64,000 bases of DNA from Trueperaceae bacterium (GTDB taxonomy: Bacteria > Deinococcota > Deinococci > Deinococcales > Trueperaceae), in contig OZ243913.1 of the NCBI GenBank assembly GCA_965213705.1, positions 576,001 through 640,000 on the forward strand. The letters are read 5' to 3'. The notes under the pieces were generated by a model. That model worked only from the letters and a program-made list of their open reading frames with translations, searched no databases and was not told the origin of the DNA. How positions within the stretch are numbered: position 1 is the first letter of the stretch; the number at the start of each line of letters is the position of its first letter. The position numbers and the translations under genes were made by a program. Below, in pieces: positions 59,172-64,000 of the stretch.

Positions 59172-60065
59172 GTGGCTATCCCTCGAGCCGACCCCATCAC
59201 GCCCGCCGCGAAACCCGAGAGGCGCAGCGGGGGCAGCCGCGCCTGGAAGCGCTTCGCCGCCAACCGGATGGCGCTCGTCGGACTCGTTATTTTCGTCGGG
59301 CTCTGCCTGGTCGCTGTCTTCGCGCCGCTGCTCACGCCCTACCACCCGACGCAAGATATTTTCCGCGGGATGCGCGGCGTCGCCCCGAGTTGGGAACACC
59401 CGCTCGGCTTCGACCACTTGGGGCGCGACCTGCTCTCGCGGATTTTGTACGGGTCCAGGGTCGCGCTTTTAGTGGGCCTCAGCGCCTCGGTCATCGCGGT
59501 CGTCATCGGCGTGACCGTCGGCGCGGTGGCGGGGTACTTCGGCGGTTGGGTGGACGAGGTGCTGTCCTTAATCATCGACACGCTCATGGCGTTTCCGCTC
59601 ATCGCCCTTCTCATCGTGCTGGCCGCCGTCATCGGTCCTAGCCTCGGCACCACCATCATTGTGATAGGCGCGACCGTGTGGGCGCGCTACGCCCGCGTGG
59701 TGCGCGCCGAGGTGATGAGCCTGCGCCAACGCGACTACGTGGTGGCGGCTCGAGCGCTCGGCTCTCGCGACGGCCGCGTCATCTGGAAACACGTGATTCC
59801 GAATGTGCTCGGTTCGGTTATCGTTTTAGCCTCGCTGCAAATCGGCAGCATCATCATTCTGGAGTCGTCGTTGTCCTTTTTGGGCTTAGGCGTGCGCCCG
59901 CCGACGCCGACCTGGGGCGGCATTTTGGCCGATGGCCGCGCTTTTATCCTGCGCTATCCGCACATCGCGATTTTTCCGGGTTTGATGATTGTGATTACGG
60001 TGCTGGCGTTCAACTTTATCGGCGACGGCTTGCGCGACGCGCTCGACCCACACGAGAAAGACTGA
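59172..60065 (+). CDS. peptide ABC permease (DppC-like)
   Basis: HPLGFDHLGRD, ESSLSFLGLG, GDGLRDALDP. Confidence 0.92.
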   Translation: MAIPRADPITPAAKPERRSGGSRAWKRFAANRMALVGLVIFVGLCLVAVFAPLLTPYHPTQDIFRGMRGVAPSWEHPLGFDHLGRDLLSRILYGSRVALLVGLSASVIAVVIGVTVGAVAGYFGGWVDEVLSLIIDTLMAFPLIALLIVLAAVIGPSLGTTIIVIGATVWARYARVVRAEVMSLRQRDYVVAARALGSRDGRVIWKHVIPNVLGSVIVLASLQIGSIIILESSLSFLGLGVRPPTPTWGGILADGRAFILRYPHIAIFPGLMIVITVLAFNFIGDGLRDALDPHEKD

Positions 60066-60208
60066 TATTTTTACGAGTTAGCGAAGTCATAGAAAATGTG
60101 CTGGGAAGCGTGAAGAATGCAGGAGGAAGAATAGAGGAGATTTGTTCTCTCGCCTGAGTTTTTTTGAGGGGCTCGAGGGAGGACAGAGTTTATGAATTTG
60201 GTGACCGT

Positions 60209-60883
60209 GTGAACCGGAGACAGATAACTGTCGTGATGCTGCTGCTTTCCAAGCCTATCAACGTTGGACTCGTGAGCGACGTGCTGGTGCAGGCGCAGAA
60301 CGCATCACAAGAAGACGATGTGGTTATTGAAGAAATTATCGGCTCGGAGGGAGGCAATTTGGGCAAAAAACTGTACAAGGATACTTCAGACAGGTTGTTG
60401 TCAAGTGGTTATGCAACAGCCGTTATTCGAGAAGGAGCTTTGAAGAGTGAGGCACTCGTTGAGTTCACTATTTTGCCGGAGAACACCACAGCTTATCCAG
60501 ATGCCGTTTTTCTCCAGAGCCTATATCCAACTGATAAGCTCGACTACATCGGCCCTTTAGTGATGCTTGAACTCCCTTCCGCATCCCTCAACTTAAACTC
60601 AGCTGATGACCAACTCCTTTTCGGAATTGTGTCTTCTTTTTACGAAGGCGCACTTGACAGAGTTCAGAAGCGGGATATTCGTTTAGAAGTTCGTATAGAC
60701 CTTAAAAATGGAGACATTGCTTTCCACACTCTGCGCTTCGGCTACGTGGGCGAGGCTCCCATCTGGAGTGAATTTTTGAAAGCCAGTTACGGTGACGACT
60801 TACCTGAAACCGTAAAAGTCAGCGTTCAAGCGGTGGACATCAGTCGCGCCCTGCTGAATCCCGACGATTATTTGGGGCCGTAG
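60209..60883 (+). CDS. hypothetical protein, lower GC, possibly exported
   Basis: Long ORF; start uncertain (60164 or 60209); no family recognised. Confidence 0.5.
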   Translation: MNRRQITVVMLLLSKPINVGLVSDVLVQAQNASQEDDVVIEEIIGSEGGNLGKKLYKDTSDRLLSSGYATAVIREGALKSEALVEFTILPENTTAYPDAVFLQSLYPTDKLDYIGPLVMLELPSASLNLNSADDQLLFGIVSSFYEGALDRVQKRDIRLEVRIDLKNGDIAFHTLRFGYVGEAPIWSEFLKASYGDDLPETVKVSVQAVDISRALLNPDDYLGP

Positions 60884-60906
60884 AACAATCGTAAAGTTTC
60901 GAGCCT

Positions 60907-61929
60907 CTAAACATCCGGTCCTGCGGAAACGGGGTCGTCCGCAGGGGCCAGGGTGAACGCTTCTTTCAGACCTGCCTGCGCAGTCTCGAGCGCCTCGAGC
61001 GGCGCATAGTCCAGCGCCAGCACGCCCCGGTAAGCGCGCGTCGCGGCGTCGCGGCGGTCTGCCAAGTCGTAGAGTTGGCCCAAGCGCGCAAGCAGGTAGC
61101 CGGGTAGGTAGTAAGGCTGCGAAAAGTCGCCACGGCTGGCATTTTCTAAAACGTCTAACGCTTCCAAAAAGTGGCTGTTCGCGGTGAGCAGGTTCGCCTC
61201 GTGGTAGCGGGCCTCTGTCGCCTTCACCTCGCGCAGCTTGGCGAGCAGCGGTCCGGGCTCGGGAACATCGACGCGGAACGCGAAGTCGAGCAGGCTGCGC
61301 TCACGCGTCTCCTCGGTCGGCTCGGGTGATACAGGTTCTAAGAGTTCAGCTTTGTTCTCCAAAAAGTCTTGCAAAAACGGCACATGGTCCACGCTGGCGA
61401 GGACGGCGACGCGCTCGAAGGGTAGAGCTAAAATCTCCTCAGCCATCTTCTTTACACGCTCTCTCAACCAGTCGGTGCCGGGGCCGTCTTGAAGCGTTTC
61501 TTCTTGAAACGTCTGGTGCTCGAGCAACAGGGGCACGACCTCTTGCCGGATACGTTTCAGGGTGAGGGGTTGTTCGAGGAGCGCGTTCAGCGGCCTCAGT
61601 TTCGTGTCTACGCGCTGCACGGCTTCACGAAGTTTTGGATACTGCGCGGCGTAGCGGCGAAAGTCGTCCAGGGCGGCAGGGTCGGGGCTGGGCACGTGAA
61701 CGCCGTAAACCGGAATGTCCCGCCGCCGCGCCCAGGGTATGACGGTGTGGGGCAGCACGATTTCGGGCGTGTCTTGCCAGCGGGGCGTGTCCAGGGCGCC
61801 GGGCGCTAAAGCGGTGGCCGCTATAGCTTCGGGCTGAAAAGCCGCCACCGCGTCGCGCACACTCACCGCGTTGTAAAGCGGATAGCGCAGGTGAAAGGGA
61901 CCCATGAGCGGGATGAGGGTAAGTTGCAT
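60907..61929 (-). CDS. conserved hypothetical protein with C-terminal TPR-like region
   Basis: PGYLLARLGQLYDLA...AYRGVLAL; host-like codon usage. Confidence 0.7.
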   Translation of the reverse strand: MQLTLIPLMGPFHLRYPLYNAVSVRDAVAAFQPEAIAATALAPGALDTPRWQDTPEIVLPHTVIPWARRRDIPVYGVHVPSPDPAALDDFRRYAAQYPKLREAVQRVDTKLRPLNALLEQPLTLKRIRQEVVPLLLEHQTFQEETLQDGPGTDWLRERVKKMAEEILALPFERVAVLASVDHVPFLQDFLENKAELLEPVSPEPTEETRERSLLDFAFRVDVPEPGPLLAKLREVKATEARYHEANLLTANSHFLEALDVLENASRGDFSQPYYLPGYLLARLGQLYDLADRRDAATRAYRGVLALDYAPLEALETAQAGLKEAFTLAPADDPVSAGPDV

Positions 61930-62054
61930 AGGTCAGTATGGCGCGTTCAGCGGGTGGCGACCAGGCACACCGAAACAATCGGGCTTAGGTGAGCATGACT
62001 TTTTTCCGACTCGAGGGTGTTGCAACGCCGTCTTTGAAGTTTCGGTGCAACCTC

Positions 62055-62120
62055 TTGACGAATAGCGTATATCGGGCTATACTATCTTTTATCAGCGCTT
62101 ACCAGGCGCTTCTTTTTTTG
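62055..62120 (+). promoter_or_regulatory. orphan consensus promoter followed directly by a terminator-like hairpin
   Basis: TTGACG-N17-TATACT, then AGCGCTTACCAGGCGCT-TCTTTTTTT. Confidence 0.55.
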
Positions 62121-62221
62121 TCTTAAACTTTTTTCGACAAAGCCGAGCGGCTCGAGGATTTTTCCTTGGGCCGCTTGTTTTTGAGCTTGGCGCACGCTGA
62201 GGGGCTCGAGCGCTTTTTGCC

Positions 62222-63400
62222 TCAGCCATGCGGTAAGAAATCTTTGACAAAGCGCGCGGTGTAGTCTGCCAGCAAAGTTTCCACCTTTTCGAAACTCTCC
62301 GAGCCGACGATCAGGCTCGCAAACTCGGCTGAGCGGGGCCGAAAAACGATTTCTGGCTCGGTGTAGTGCGCGGTGTCGGCGAATGGAAGCTGGGACGGAC
62401 AGGCGATGAGCCCGGCGTAGTCGTCGCGGAGCGGGGGCAGGCTGTACGCTTCGTCCTTGGCATGGGCGAGTTCCAGGCGCGCCGCCTCCCGCCAGGGCTC
62501 GAGCCCGGTCGCCGCTTCGACGAGCCACTCGATGTTGCCGCCGCCGACCCGGGCCGCCGTTTCCAAAAAGTAAAACTGCCCGTCTTCAGCGCGAATGAAC
62601 TCGCTGTGGCTGGGGCCGTAGTCGCGGTTGAAACTTTTCAAAAGGTCGTTCGTCAGACGGGTGAGCACCTGCGTGTCGGGGTGAGCGCGGGGCAGGACTC
62701 GAGTGGTAAAAATACCGCGCCCCTGCAACACGGCCAGGGGCGGCGCGCCGTACTTGCTCACGAGTGAGAAGACTGTTTCACCCTGCCAACTGAGCGTGTC
62801 CACGTGGTAAACGTCGCCGGGCACGAAACTTTCCAACAGGTAGTAAGACCTCCGGTCGCCGAGCGTGTCGAGCAGCCGCCACAGGCTTTCCGCGTCGTAG
62901 AGTTTGTGGATGCCTTCCGAACCGGCCAGGGTACGCGGTTTAAACACCCAGGGCGGTGGCACGTTGCGCACGAAGTCACGCAAGTCGTCGTAGTTGAAAA
63001 TGCCGGTAAAGTCCGGCACCGGCAAACTCCGCTCCTGCGCGCGCACCCGCATGGCGAGCTTGTCGCGGAACAGCCGCGCCGCCGAATCGCCCAGGCCACT
63101 TATGCGCAAGTGCTCGCGCAGCGCGGCGGCGGTCTCCACGTCGTAGTCGTCCAGACCCACGATTCGGTCGATGTGGCGGTCTCGAGCCAGGTAGCTCACT
63201 GCGTACGTGATGTCGGGCTGGGCACGAACGCTTCTCATCGTAAAGTGCTCGTCGATGCTGGTCCAGGGCCAGGGTTCGTTCACGAGCTTGTCGTCCATCA
63301 CCACGACGACGCGGCAACCCTGACGGTGGCACTCTTCTAAAAACGGCACGCCTTTGAGTTCGCTGGCGAGGGCCAAGACGGTAAGCGGTCGAGAAGCCAT
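62222..63400 (-). CDS. ATP-grasp domain protein
   Basis: FRDKLAMR, PWVFKPR, YHVD, HSEFI, FLETAARVGG; TACAAT-N7-ATG. Confidence 0.85.
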   Translation of the reverse strand: MASRPLTVLALASELKGVPFLEECHRQGCRVVVVMDDKLVNEPWPWTSIDEHFTMRSVRAQPDITYAVSYLARDRHIDRIVGLDDYDVETAAALREHLRISGLGDSAARLFRDKLAMRVRAQERSLPVPDFTGIFNYDDLRDFVRNVPPPWVFKPRTLAGSEGIHKLYDAESLWRLLDTLGDRRSYYLLESFVPGDVYHVDTLSWQGETVFSLVSKYGAPPLAVLQGRGIFTTRVLPRAHPDTQVLTRLTNDLLKSFNRDYGPSHSEFIRAEDGQFYFLETAARVGGGNIEWLVEAATGLEPWREAARLELAHAKDEAYSLPPLRDDYAGLIACPSQLPFADTAHYTEPEIVFRPRSAEFASLIVGSESFEKVETLLADYTARFVKDFLPHG

Positions 63401-63450
63401 AAAGGGTATTGTAACGGCACGGCGCGCGCCGTGAACGTTGGACTCTGCTG

Positions 63451-63499
63451 AACTTTGCGCTGTTGAGCTTTGCGCTGTCAAACTTTGTGCAGTTAAACT
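63451..63499. repeat. 15-bp tandem repeat (about 3.3 copies)
   Basis: AACTTTGCGCTGTTG / AGCTTTGCGCTGTCA / AACTTTGTGCAGTTA / AACT. Confidence 0.8.
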
Positions 63500-63526
63500 C
63501 CGCTTAGCCAGCCCGAGGGAGCACCC

Positions 63527-64000
63527 ATGCAGTTTTATACCGTCAACGGACAGTTGCTGCCCGCCGCCCAAGCCCACTTACACGTGAGCGACCTCGGGCT
63601 GTTGCGCGGCTACGCGGTGTTCGACTATTTCCGCGTTCTGGGTTTTACGCCGCTGTTTATCGAGGATTACTTGGCGCGCTTCGAGCGCTCGGCGCGCTGT
63701 TTGAACTTGGAGTTGCCTGTAAAACCCGCGGAGTTGCAACGTCAAGTCGACAACCTCGTCCGCGCCAACTCCGTTCCCGACGCGGGCGTGCAGCTACTGT
63801 TGACCGGCGGCTACACGCCGGACGGTTTTACCCCGACCGAGCCTAATTTGCTCGTGCTCGAGCGCCCTCTCAACCCGCTCGAGCCCGCTCTTTACGAGCG
63901 CGGCGCAAAACTCATCACGCACGAGTACCGCCGCGACATTCCCGCCGCCAAGACGACGAACTACGCGGTCGCTATCCAACTGCTGCCGCGCCAGCGGGCG
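63527..64000 (+). CDS. class IV PLP-dependent aminotransferase (3'-partial)
   Basis: ATG at 63527 after GGGAG; MQFYTVNG...DLGLLRGYAVFDYFR...AKTTNY. Confidence 0.85.
   Translation, partial: MQFYTVNGQLLPAAQAHLHVSDLGLLRGYAVFDYFRVLGFTPLFIEDYLARFERSARCLNLELPVKPAELQRQVDNLVRANSVPDAGVQLLLTGGYTPDGFTPTEPNLLVLERPLNPLEPALYERGAKLITHEYRRDIPAAKTTNYAVAIQLLPRQRA

Overview
This is a GC-rich (about 60-65% by eye) bacterial chromosomal segment, probably from Deinococcota (Trueperaceae-like). That placement is an inference from frequent leaderless -10/ATG promoters, HAIR-like boxes before dnaK-grpE-dnaJ and a Thermus-type isocitrate dehydrogenase. The core content, in order, is: the end of a homoprotocatechuate (hpaE-hpaB-hpaD) catabolic operon; an acyl-CoA dehydrogenase and a CoA transferase; a Liv-type ABC transporter/acyl-CoA ligase operon facing a paaK-like gene; can-icd; a two-component system beside a copper-handling cluster (MarR, two DUF305 genes, a Csp-like four-helix bundle); an amidase; TetR and a hydrolase; a PPIase; pdxH, yyaL, msrA, thpR; ccdA/tlpA; an MFS transporter; dnaK-grpE-dnaJ; a peptide ABC transporter; and ATP-grasp and class IV aminotransferase genes. 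Accessory DNA is layered on top: about seven intact or decaying toxin-antitoxin modules, several pseudogenes, and a complete IS1-family element (8-bp target duplication) interrupting an AT-rich orphan gene. The main unexplained signals are: (1) a strong HIP-like over-representation of CTCGAG; (2) a family of heptamer-built inverted repeats and REP-like hairpins at operon junctions; (3) short bridging ORFs that keep start/stop overlaps across those insertions; (4) a perfect 34-bp palindrome at the orphan gene's promoter. I saw no rRNA, tRNA or CRISPR array. All calls come from reading motifs by eye; no searches were run.
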